From Acidobacteriota bacterium (lineage in GTDB: Bacteria; Zixibacteria; MSB-5A5; GN15; FEB-12), in the NCBI GenBank assembly GCA_035529075.1, contig DATKXK010000005.1, positions 68,981 through 132,980 of the forward strand: a stretch of 64,000 nt of DNA, read 5' to 3'. The number at the start of each line of letters is the position of its first letter. Position 1 is the first letter of the stretch. The notes beneath the pieces are model-generated. The model was not told the origin of the DNA. It was given only the letters and a program-made list of their open reading frames with translations, and made no database searches. The position numbers and the translations under genes are program-made. Shown piece after piece: positions 44,560 to 52,746 of this stretch.

Positions 44560-46860
44560 CTACGGAATTCTGCTGCCTTTCGCAGCAGGCGGCACAAGTG
44601 ATCGCCACGCCGGAAATTCGTCATGGGCGCTGTTGTTGGTCAACTTCCGCCGGTTAGTGCCGTCCACGTTCATTATGTAGATTTCCCCGTCGCCGTCCTG
44701 CCACGATGCAAATACGATCTGCTTGCCGTCGGCAGACCAATCCGGGCAGTTCTCGCCGGCATAAGTGGTCGACAGTTTCTGCAGGCCGCTGCCGTCGGCA
44801 TTGATGATATAGATCCCCCGGAAACCTGCATGATCGGAACCAAAGACAATACGGGTGCCATCCGGCGACCAGTCCGGTTCGAAGCAGACGATATCCATCA
44901 ACTTATGCTCATCGCTGCCATCGGCATCCATTATGAAGGTGCCTTCATTGTCGTTGATGCGGGAGAAGACAATCTGACTACCGTCTGGTGACCATGCGGG
45001 AAAATCCTCGGAGCTGGAAGGGGTATCGGTCAGACGCTGCAGATTGGAGCCGTCTGCATGAATGACATAAATCTCGCCCTGGCCGTCGCGCCATGATGCG
45101 AACACTATGTGCACGCCATCGGGCGACCACTGAGGCCAGAAATCCATAGCGGTATGGGATGTCAGTTGTTGCACGCTGCTGCCGTCGGCATTCATGACGT
45201 AGATATCGGGGTTCCCGCCTCGGGTCGACACGAAGGCAATCCGTGAACCGTCGGGCGACCAGCTCGGCCCGGCGTCGTAGGCCGGATCGTCCGTCAGACG
45301 GCGTACGTGGCTGCCGTCGATCTTCATGAGGTAGATGTCCCCTGCACCGTCCCGTTCTGACGTGAAGGCAATCGTTGAGTCAACTGCGACCGGGCACGGC
45401 GGCAGCGGCTCATAGGTGATAAACAGATACTTGATCATCCGCGTCAGGTCCGAGATATCGACCACGCCGTCGGGCTCTGCCTCCGGGCCGATGTCGGCCT
45501 CGGCCAGGCAACAGATCGGTTGGCGAGAGATGAACAGGAAATCAATGAGGTTGGTCAGATCGCTGACATCGACTGTCTGATCGCTGTATTCGCACTCGCC
45601 CAGTAGCATGACATTGCCTATCGTGCCCTCACAGCAGCAGGCATCGCCGACATTATCGCTGTCGCCGTCCTCCTGAAGCGGGTTGTATACGAAGGGGCAG
45701 TTGTCGACGTCGGCACACAGACCGTCCCCGTCGACGTCGTTGTACGGATCCAGCGGGCAGTCGTCGCAGTCGTTGCCGATCCCATCACCGTCTGTATCCA
45801 CCTGGGCCGGGTTGTAAAGTACAGAACAGTTGTCAACCGGGCACGTGTTCTCGGCGTGACCGGGATCGCCGTAACCGTCGAGATCACCATCCGTACAGGA
45901 TCCGACCACAAAACCCTCGTTGGCATCGCTGGCCCCGGCTCCCGTCTGATAGGCACCGGCCACTACGAAGATCGTGTCTCCGATGACTGCCGCGTTGGTT
46001 CCGTGGCGCGGCGTGAGCATGGGCGTCAGCGGCTCCCAGGTATCGGTGCCGGGATCATACAACTCTACTTCCTCGTAGATGTCCGGAATCTCCCCGCCAA
46101 ACGTATACAGCTTTCCGCCAAGGGCCGCCGTCGAAAACGCGCTGCGCGGCGTCAGCATGTCTGCCAGTGTGTACCAGGTATCGCTGGCCGGCGAGTATGC
46201 TTCAGTCACCGGGACCAGCTCGAGAGACTCTCCCCAGTAGCCGATTCTCCCGCCCACTACGTAGATCAGGGAATCGATTACCGCTACTCCCGGGTGGTGA
46301 CGGGCCGTAGGCATGCTCGTGCCCGGAGACCAGCTATCCATCTGCGGATCATACACCTCGACCGAAGCCAGATCATCACCGTAGGTGTTGTTGCCGCCGA
46401 ATACGTAGATAAGACCATCGTAGGCCACAGCGCTGTGTTCACCCCGAGCCGTGGCCAGGGGGGCTCGAGGCGCCCAGCTATCGGTCGATGGCTCATAAGC
46501 CCAGACGGTGCTCGTAGCGATCCACGGCAGGCCGGCATTGCTGTAGCCACCGATCGCGTAAAGTACCCCGTCCACCACGGCCGTGGCACAGTGATGGCGG
46601 GCCTCGGGCAGCAGGGCCGCTGTCGACCAGGTATTGGCGGCTGGATCATACACATAGACACTGCCACTCACGACCAGGCTGGGGGTATACCCGCCCACAA
46701 CGTAGATGCGCCCGTCGAGCACGGCCGGCAGAACCTCCTGTCTGGCTTCCGGCAGCTCAGGACGTTCGAACCAGTAACCGGGCCCCTGGCCATAGGCAAA
46801 CCCGGCTAAGACATTCAACGCTATCAGGATGACGAGACAGACACGGGAACGGCGTTTCAT
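44560..46860 (-). CDS. Secreted mosaic protein: 6 Kelch repeats + TSP3-type Ca-binding repeats + dockerin-like pair + TolB-like (PD40) beta-propeller
   Basis: Signal peptide MKRRSRVCLVILIALNVLAGFAYG (ATG at 46860 preferred over 46917). Six units of PxARxxxxxAVxDGxIYVxGG. DTDGDGIGNDCDDCPLDPYNDVDGDGLCADVDNCP. DVSDLTNLIDFLF / DISDLTRMIKYLF. Repeated IAFxSxRDGxxDIYVMNADGSxxxxLT. Confidence 0.85.
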   Translation of the reverse strand: MKRRSRVCLVILIALNVLAGFAYGQGPGYWFERPELPEARQEVLPAVLDGRIYVVGGYTPSLVVSGSVYVYDPAANTWSTAALLPEARHHCATAVVDGVLYAIGGYSNAGLPWIATSTVWAYEPSTDSWAPRAPLATARGEHSAVAYDGLIYVFGGNNTYGDDLASVEVYDPQMDSWSPGTSMPTARHHPGVAVIDSLIYVVGGRIGYWGESLELVPVTEAYSPASDTWYTLADMLTPRSAFSTAALGGKLYTFGGEIPDIYEEVELYDPGTDTWEPLTPMLTPRHGTNAAVIGDTIFVVAGAYQTGAGASDANEGFVVGSCTDGDLDGYGDPGHAENTCPVDNCSVLYNPAQVDTDGDGIGNDCDDCPLDPYNDVDGDGLCADVDNCPFVYNPLQEDGDSDNVGDACCCEGTIGNVMLLGECEYSDQTVDVSDLTNLIDFLFISRQPICCLAEADIGPEAEPDGVVDISDLTRMIKYLFITYEPLPPCPVAVDSTIAFTSERDGAGDIYLMKIDGSHVRRLTDDPAYDAGPSWSPDGSRIAFVSTRGGNPDIYVMNADGSSVQQLTSHTAMDFWPQWSPDGVHIVFASWRDGQGEIYVIHADGSNLQRLTDTPSSSEDFPAWSPDGSQIVFSRINDNEGTFIMDADGSDEHKLMDIVCFEPDWSPDGTRIVFGSDHAGFRGIYIINADGSGLQKLSTTYAGENCPDWSADGKQIVFASWQDGDGEIYIMNVDGTNRRKLTNNSAHDEFPAWRSLVPPAAKGSRIP

Positions 46861-47087
46861 GACAATATCTCTTGAGTTAAAGGTCAAACCAGACGACCTC
46901 GCAAAGGACGACGGCAAAACTGGTATTTAATAGACGAATACCAACCGACATTGTTCAGCTATTCCAGCTGCAGCGTGCCTGTCCTGTAACTGCCGCTGCC
47001 TGCCCTAAAATGCTCCTTTTAGCCTTACTCTCTTACGAGCAGGATGAACTTCCCGGGCCCTTCTCTGCGCCCATCAGTTACTGCACT

Positions 47088-47249
47088 GAATTGATGGACG
47101 GTTTCTACCGACGGTGGTGCAGCGGGGCATCAAAGCTGGATGCGCTCCGCGAGTCAGCTCTTGACGTCCTTAACCGGTCACGGACCGAACGAGGACGCAG
47201 TCATCCGTTGCTCTGGGGCGGATTTATCCTGGCCGGCAACCCATACTGA
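47088..47249 (+). pseudogene. Orphan copy of the last 53 codons of the TPR-CHAT gene
   Basis: ELMDGFYRRWCSGASKLDALRESALDVLNRSRTERGRSHPLLWGGFILAGNPY* differs at one residue from the end of 40841-44149. The track ORF 47010-47249 merely adds unrelated upstream codons. Confidence 0.8.
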
Positions 47250-47415
47250 GATCGGCACTTTCGGGCCGGATGGTTGCAGAGATGTGCCGTGACAGGCCGG
47301 ACTTCGCCTGAGGACTTTCGGGTTCGCCGGGGGCGCATCAAGTGGAAGACGGCACAGCCGGAGCCGCAAGCAGGCTTTCAAACTGCGGGGTCATCCTTTC
47401 GACAAAGCCGTCCGG
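47088..47415. repeat. Direct repeat copy B (~325 bp): truncated CHAT 3' end + spacer + genuine apbE 3' end
   Basis: See copy A. Identical block structure, shifted by 3100 bp. Confidence 0.92.
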
Positions 47416-48414
47416 AGTTCTCACAACGAGTAACGCCGCCAGACCTTTGCCGAGCGCCAGCGCATAGCCGTCCGCCGGGCCCAGGATATTGATCGCCGTC
47501 GCCATCGCATCGGCGTACCAGCAGGAATCATGGATCACCGTCACCGAGGCCAGGCGGTGCCTTATCGGCTGTCCTGTCCTGGGATCGATGAGGTGTGAAT
47601 AGCGGACGCCGCCTGTCTCGAAGTAGTTTCGATAGTCTCCGGACGTTGCCATGGCGCAATTGACAAGAGACGCGACTTTCTGCACACCCGAATCCCCGTC
47701 GGGAGTCTCTATGCCGATCTGCCACACCTGATCCCTGTCGTTGCGACCCCGCGCTTTCATCTCCCCGCCGATCTCGACGAGATAGTCGGACAGGCCTGCC
47801 GAGTCAAGGTACCGGGCGATTTCGTCAACGCCGTAGCCCTTGGCGATTGCCGCCAGATCACAGTAGACCCCCGCGTTGTCCTTTTTCAAGGCAGGCGGAT
47901 CCAGCCGGACGGCGATCCTGGCGTACCCGGTGCGCGCCATGGCCCGGGTGATTTCTTCGGGTGTCGGTAGCCTGCGATCGGTCGTCGGGGGACCGAATCC
48001 CCAGAGGTTCACCAGCGGGCCAACCGTAATATCAAACGTACCACCCGTTTCCCGACTTACCCCCAGAGACTGTTCGATGATGCGTGCCGTGGCGGCCGAC
48101 ACGAGGAACCAGTCGGTTTTCTTCCGGTAGTTGAACCGCGAAATCTCCGAACTCTTCAGGTAGCAGGACATCTGAGCGTTGACGGCCTGCAACAGGCTGT
48201 CGATGCCCCGCCTGGCCAGTTCGATCTGCTCATGCGCAAGGTCGGCTGCGTGGCTGATTTTGACACTGTATACGGTCCCCATGGTTTCGCCGCGGATGAC
48301 AACCGGTCCGGCAGGGGCCGGGTTGTCCGAGCAGCCGGCAAGAAGCCCGGCGGCAACCAGCCATCCGGTCAGCCGCCGCCGCGCCCGGTCGGGATTCATC
48401 GCTCTGAACTTCAT
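47338..48414 (-). CDS. apbE: FAD:protein FMN transferase (flavin transferase ApbE), lipoprotein
   Basis: Lipobox LLAGC. GTFDITVGPLVNLWGFG, DLAAIAKGYGVD, AMATSGDYRNYF, YSHLIDPRTGQP. Confidence 0.92.
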   Translation of the reverse strand: MKFRAMNPDRARRRLTGWLVAAGLLAGCSDNPAPAGPVVIRGETMGTVYSVKISHAADLAHEQIELARRGIDSLLQAVNAQMSCYLKSSEISRFNYRKKTDWFLVSAATARIIEQSLGVSRETGGTFDITVGPLVNLWGFGPPTTDRRLPTPEEITRAMARTGYARIAVRLDPPALKKDNAGVYCDLAAIAKGYGVDEIARYLDSAGLSDYLVEIGGEMKARGRNDRDQVWQIGIETPDGDSGVQKVASLVNCAMATSGDYRNYFETGGVRYSHLIDPRTGQPIRHRLASVTVIHDSCWYADAMATAINILGPADGYALALGKGLAALLVVRTPDGFVERMTPQFESLLAAPAVPSST

Positions 48415-48548
48415 TATATCATTATAGTGGATCCTCTTCGGCCAGGCCAGTCGGCAGTGCCCGACATTCCGTTTTTCTTGAGCCGGGTAGGTCAGTCCCG
48501 GTGAGCCGGGCGGCCGTGATGACTGCCGGAGCTTGTGAAAAATATCTC

Positions 48549-48577
48549 TTGCGGCCGGATCATGATATTTTTATACT
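48549..48577 (+). promoter_or_regulatory. Candidate promoter of the cytochrome/Rnf operon (would give a ~175-nt structured leader)
   Basis: TTGCGG-17 nt-TATACT. Downstream lies the hairpin cggtgcc-cgtc-ggcaccg at ~48589-48606. Motif match only. Confidence 0.3.
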
Positions 48578-48753
48578 TTACGGGTGTCCGGTGCCCGTCG
48601 GCACCGCGCAGAATAAACCCTGCCGAGGGAGCAGGTCAGAGCGCTTGCTGAAAGTCGGTCGCATGAGTACCTGGTCGCCGGTCCGGTAGGTTTGAGTCAT
48701 GGGGACGCGAGGTACCGCCCGGTCTTGCTCGACCGTAGAAAAGAGGATGTAAC

Positions 48754-49227
48754 ATGCCGGAGAAGAAGAAAGATCAAGCGGACAGTTGGGAGGGCATGTT
48801 CTGGAAACCGCACAAGTATAATGAGCGGATCAACCTGAAATCCGGTTCGTATCTCCGTACCTTCTGCCCTCGCTGCGACGAAGAACTGACTGAAGGTAAC
48901 GTGATCCGGCTTGAGGTGATTAACCTCAACGATGAATCGGGGTGGATTGAGCTGAGCACGTACCTGAACGTTTTTGAGCGGAAGACCGATATCAAGCTGC
49001 CTGAGGATCAAGAAGTCAAGGATCTCCGTTGCCGTCACTGTCACCGTTCATTGGTCGTGGAGGGCCGGCGCTGTGGAACCTGCAATTCCCACGCGGCCGG
49101 CATTGTGGTCGGCGTCTCCAACACCAAGGTGCCTTTCCTGATTTGCACGCGCATAGGTTGTCACTGGCACGCTATTCTGCCCGATGACGAAGACCAGATA
49201 ATTCTCGATGACAGCCGTGAATGGTAA
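48754..49227 (+). CDS. Cytoplasmic 8-Cys (double zinc-ribbon-like) protein of unknown function, first gene of the Rnf-type operon
   Basis: 157 aa with no signal peptide. Cys pairs CPRC, CRHC, CGTC, CTRIGC. Its stop lies 1 nt before the cytochrome start. Confidence 0.6.
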   Translation: MPEKKKDQADSWEGMFWKPHKYNERINLKSGSYLRTFCPRCDEELTEGNVIRLEVINLNDESGWIELSTYLNVFERKTDIKLPEDQEVKDLRCRHCHRSLVVEGRRCGTCNSHAAGIVVGVSNTKVPFLICTRIGCHWHAILPDDEDQIILDDSREW

Positions 49228-49228
49228 T

Positions 49229-49840
49229 ATGCAGGCGCACAGAAAACCCACTTTCCTGATAATTCTTACCGTCGTGGCCGCCGTTGCGGCCGTGGGCGGC
49301 TACTGGGTGGGAGAGGAATCCTCGGACACCAGCCGATTCTTCCTGAGTAGCTCCGGCGGCGACGTGGTGTTCGAGCACGGGGCGCATACGGAAATGGCCG
49401 CGGGGTGTGAAAGCTGCCACCATGATCTCCTGCTGGCCGATTCACGGCAGCCGTGCAGCACTTGTCACGGCGACGACGTTGCGGCGGAGGATTTCGATCA
49501 TGATGACCTCAAGACCATCTCGGCGCACAGTTGCGAGACATGCCACGAGGTCAACGACCAGGCCGAGGCAGGGTCATGTCGCAGTTGCCACCCGTCGGCT
49601 CAGGACGCGGAACCGCAAACGGTGGCCTGCGGGCAGTGCCACGACGGCTACTCGGCCGATTTGATGACCCACGACGAGATGCAGGAAATCGAGGGGCACG
49701 CGTGCGAAGGGTGCCACGTCATTGAGGCGGTCAGTACCGTGTACCACCGTCAGTGTGAGGGCTGTCACCTTGCCGAAAGCCCCGAGAAGTTTGCCACCGA
49801 AACCGGAGAAAGCCAGTGTCAATCGTGTCACCTGAGGTGA
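49229..49840 (+). CDS. Membrane-anchored/exported octahaem c-type cytochrome
   Basis: N-terminal MQAHRKPTFLIILTVVAAVAAVGGYWV. Eight CxxCH motifs in ~150 aa: CESCH, CSTCH, CETCH, CRSCH, CGQCH, CEGCH, CEGCH, CQSCH. ATG at 49229 is preferred to the track start at 49208, which overlaps the previous gene. Confidence 0.88.
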   Translation: MQAHRKPTFLIILTVVAAVAAVGGYWVGEESSDTSRFFLSSSGGDVVFEHGAHTEMAAGCESCHHDLLLADSRQPCSTCHGDDVAAEDFDHDDLKTISAHSCETCHEVNDQAEAGSCRSCHPSAQDAEPQTVACGQCHDGYSADLMTHDEMQEIEGHACEGCHVIEAVSTVYHRQCEGCHLAESPEKFATETGESQCQSCHLR

Positions 49841-49856
49841 ATTTCAGCTTGCGGGT

Positions 49857-51167
49857 TTGCCCATGAATTCCATACGGACACTTTTCAGGACCCTTGGCCA
49901 CATCGGGGATTGCGCCTCACATGAGGAGAAGATTTCCGCAATCGCCGACCCGCCGTACGTCTGCATCCCGCTGGAGTATCCGGGCCAGATCCTGTACAAG
50001 CCCCTGGTGCAGGCGGGTGATACGGTGCGCAGGAACCAGATCATCGGCCGGTCCGGGCAGGGTAATTGTGTCCACGCGTCGGTAAGCGGAACAGTGAAGG
50101 AGATCAGGCCCGTCTGGACTGCGCGAAGCTACAACGTGCCCTCGGTCGTGATTGAGCGAAACGGCGGCGCCCCGCTGTCGGTGGGCGAAGTCTTTGAGCA
50201 GTACGGCGTGCGGTTTGCCTCGGCGTCCCGGATACAGAAAATGAAGGCCCTGGGGGTTGTCTCGCCGTGGACTCTGCCGGGCAAGTTCCACCGTGAAGAG
50301 GAGGTGGAGGAGTTCCCCGAGGTCAGACAGATCATTATCAAGGGAAAAAACGAAGAACCCAGTATTTTCACGTTCGAACTGCTGCTTGAGCAGGAATCTG
50401 AGAAAGTGACTCGGGGGATTCAGCAACTGACCAGCATCGCCCCCAATGCTCTGATCTGGCTGACCGTGCCGAGGCGCCTGGCTGCCTGGGCGCGTGAGAC
50501 TTTCGGCGACTCCGTCAAAGTTGCGCCCCTTGGGGACGGTTACAAGGACCGTCTGGAGCGGCTGCTTGTCCCGCGCCTGACCGGGATCACGATAGCCAAC
50601 ACCGCCCCGTACCGGCAGGAAGGGATTGCCGTCATATCGGTCGAGTACCTCCTGGCCATGGTCGACGCGCTTGAAGGCCGCAGCCCGTTCACGCACAAGC
50701 ACCTGACTGTCGCCGGGCATAACGTCTCCAGACCCGTTACGGTCAAGTTCCCTATAGGCACACCCATCCGAACACTCCTGGAGAGCCAGCAGCTTCACGA
50801 CAAGTCGTTCGCACGCCTGCTGGTCGGGGGGCCGATGAAGGGAATCGCGCAGTTTAGTGACGAAACTCCCCTCACCAAGTCCTGTCACGGTCTTTACGTG
50901 ATATCAGCGGATCAATTGCCGCTGGAGGTGAACCTTACGTGCATAAACTGCGGCCGGTGTACGCGGGCGTGCCCGCTTAACCTGCAGGTGCACCTGATCG
51001 GCCGCTACGTCGAATATAACCTGCTGCTTGAGGCCAGGGGATTTCACCCGGAAGCCTGCAATGAGTGCGGGTTGTGCGCCTATGTCTGTCCGGCTCACAG
51101 GCCGCTGGTACAACTTATCACTATGTGTAATCAGTACGATGAGCACGCCGATGGTCAGAACGTATGA
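49857..51167 (+). CDS. rnfC: RnfC-like subunit retaining two [4Fe-4S] motifs but lacking the Gly-rich NADH/FMN-binding motifs
   Basis: RnfC_N pattern (VCIPLEYPGQILYKPLVQAGDTVRRNQIIG..VHASVSGTVKEI), LLVGGPMKG, CINCGRCTRACP and CNECGLCAYVCP. Where RsxC/RnfC has G(L/V)GGAGFPT and INxAECEPY, this protein has VVSPWTLPGKF and IKGKNEEPS. Confidence 0.82.
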   Translation: MPMNSIRTLFRTLGHIGDCASHEEKISAIADPPYVCIPLEYPGQILYKPLVQAGDTVRRNQIIGRSGQGNCVHASVSGTVKEIRPVWTARSYNVPSVVIERNGGAPLSVGEVFEQYGVRFASASRIQKMKALGVVSPWTLPGKFHREEEVEEFPEVRQIIIKGKNEEPSIFTFELLLEQESEKVTRGIQQLTSIAPNALIWLTVPRRLAAWARETFGDSVKVAPLGDGYKDRLERLLVPRLTGITIANTAPYRQEGIAVISVEYLLAMVDALEGRSPFTHKHLTVAGHNVSRPVTVKFPIGTPIRTLLESQQLHDKSFARLLVGGPMKGIAQFSDETPLTKSCHGLYVISADQLPLEVNLTCINCGRCTRACPLNLQVHLIGRYVEYNLLLEARGFHPEACNECGLCAYVCPAHRPLVQLITMCNQYDEHADGQNV

Positions 51168-52125
51168 GAAACTGAACGTAGCTTCCAGCCCTCACTGGCG
51201 GGATGGAAGCGCCCTGGATTTGACTTACAAGCTGTGGCTGCTGGCCCTGGCGCCGGCCATGATCGTGAGCCTGCTGATGTTCGGTTGGCAGGCGTTACGG
51301 GTTCTCGGCCTGGCCGTGGCCTGTTCCGTATTCCTGGATGCGCTCGTCAACCGGATAAAGCCCTCCAAGGACTTTACGACCAATTGGAGCAGCGTTACGT
51401 TCGGCGTGATCCTCGCCCTGATGATGCCGTATGACGCCGCCTGGTGGCTGATTCTGGTGGGTTGCCTGATCATGATTGTGGTGGGCAAAAAGCTTTTCGG
51501 CGGCGTGGGAGCGTACCCCGTGCACCCGGTCCTGCTCAGTCTGGCCATGCTGCATGTATCCTGGCCGCACCGCTTCGACTTCACCGCTTCCATGGTTTCA
51601 CTGGATCTCGGTGTCAAGATGGTCGAGCCGATGCGTCTCGTCAAAACGCTGGGCGCGGGCGCCGAGGCTGCATATCGCTGGCAGGATCTCCTGCTGGGCA
51701 AACAGGTGGCCGGCATCGGTAGCGGGCTCGTCCTGTACCTGCTTATAGGCGGCCTGCTCCTGATTCTTTTCCGCCAGATTCCGTGGCACATCCCGGTCGC
51801 CTTTATTGTCGGTAACCTGGTGATGGGGGAGGTTCTGCACCTGGCGGATCCGGTTCAGTTCGCCACACCGCTCTTCTACCTTCTGTCCGGCGGCACTGTT
51901 TTCGCCGCTTTTTTCCTGGCGACGGAGTACACGACTTCGCCCGTGAACCCGGTTCCGATGTTGTTATACGGGTTCCTGGGTGGGGCTTTGCTGATAGTAA
52001 TTCGCGCGTTTTCGAACTACACTGACGGCGTGGTGTTTACGATCCTGCTGATCAACCTGTGCAATCCGCTTCTCGATCGCATCACGCCCAGGGTATACGG
52101 CATAGAGGCGGCTCAGCATGCGTGA
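51139..52125 (+). CDS. rnfD: RnfD/NqrB-family membrane subunit (divergent at the FMN-attachment site)
   Basis: VASSPHW near the N-terminus, KKLFGGVGAYPVHPVLLSLAML, YLLSGGTVFAAFFLATE, NYTDGVVFTILLINLCNPLLD. ATG at 51139 is chosen; the track start at 51028 lies deep inside rnfC. Confidence 0.86.
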   Translation: MSTPMVRTYEKLNVASSPHWRDGSALDLTYKLWLLALAPAMIVSLLMFGWQALRVLGLAVACSVFLDALVNRIKPSKDFTTNWSSVTFGVILALMMPYDAAWWLILVGCLIMIVVGKKLFGGVGAYPVHPVLLSLAMLHVSWPHRFDFTASMVSLDLGVKMVEPMRLVKTLGAGAEAAYRWQDLLLGKQVAGIGSGLVLYLLIGGLLLILFRQIPWHIPVAFIVGNLVMGEVLHLADPVQFATPLFYLLSGGTVFAAFFLATEYTTSPVNPVPMLLYGFLGGALLIVIRAFSNYTDGVVFTILLINLCNPLLDRITPRVYGIEAAQHA

Positions 52126-52717
52126 AGTAATCAGGCTAGTCGTGGTGCTCACCGTCATCTGCGGTGTCTCGGCGGGTGCTCTGACGCTTGTGCGGCAGTC
52201 ACTGGGTTCTCGCATTGAGCAGCAGAGCGATTTTTATGTTCGCGGCCCGGCGCTGGAGCGCCTGTTCGGCCAACCATCGGCGGAGCTGCTTGACAAGAAG
52301 GTCAGCTTTACCTCCGACGGGCGCACGTATCCGGTTTTTTATACGCGTGACGGCGAGCAGATCACAGGGCTGGCCGTCGAGGCACCCGGCCCGGGAGGGT
52401 ACGGCGGCGATGTCGTCGTCATGATTGGTGTGGACCTGCGTGCCGGGCAGATGGTAGGTATGGAGATAATCCAGCATAATGAGACGCCCGGCGTCGGCTC
52501 GCAGGTGGAAAGGCCGGCCTTCCGCAAACAGTGGAGCGGCCTGTCCGTCTCCGAGCCCGTGCAGCTGACTGCGCAAGGGGGCAAGATTGACGCCATCAGC
52601 GGTGCCACGTACTCATCGAAGGCGGTGATCAACGGAACGAACGCCATTGTCGAATTGCTGGGCCGTCACCGTGACGAGATTATGGCTTCAATACGGACGA
52701 AAGAGGGTCAATCGTAG
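52118..52717 (+). CDS. rnfG: RnfG subunit (periplasmic FMN_bind domain)
   Basis: N-terminal anchor VVVLTVICGVSAGAL. HNETPGVG. Flavinylation motif DAISGATYSSKAV (SGAT at 52598-52609). Confidence 0.9.
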   Translation: MREVIRLVVVLTVICGVSAGALTLVRQSLGSRIEQQSDFYVRGPALERLFGQPSAELLDKKVSFTSDGRTYPVFYTRDGEQITGLAVEAPGPGGYGGDVVVMIGVDLRAGQMVGMEIIQHNETPGVGSQVERPAFRKQWSGLSVSEPVQLTAQGGKIDAISGATYSSKAVINGTNAIVELLGRHRDEIMASIRTKEGQS

Positions 52718-52746
52718 ACTGCCCTGACGGGGTGTGAGAAGCGAAT

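Noticed and set aside
44316-47087. Calling the repeat-bracketed insert a mobile element
   Set aside because: No integrase, transposase, terminal inverted repeats or att-like short duplications are visible. Only the long direct repeat supports mobility, so it is reported as a finding rather than annotated as a mobile element.
47010-47249. Track ORF of 79 aa as a genuine small gene
   Set aside because: Its last 53 codons are a near-identical copy of the CHAT gene's 3' end, lying inside direct-repeat copy B. The first 26 codons are unrelated spacer. It is treated as a truncated remnant.
49030-49044. CRHCH (a CxxCH haem-attachment motif) in the 8-Cys protein
   Set aside because: The protein has no signal peptide or TM segment, so c-type haem attachment in the periplasm is unlikely. 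The motif is one of four Cys pairs and fits a zinc-ribbon or Fe-S ligand set better.
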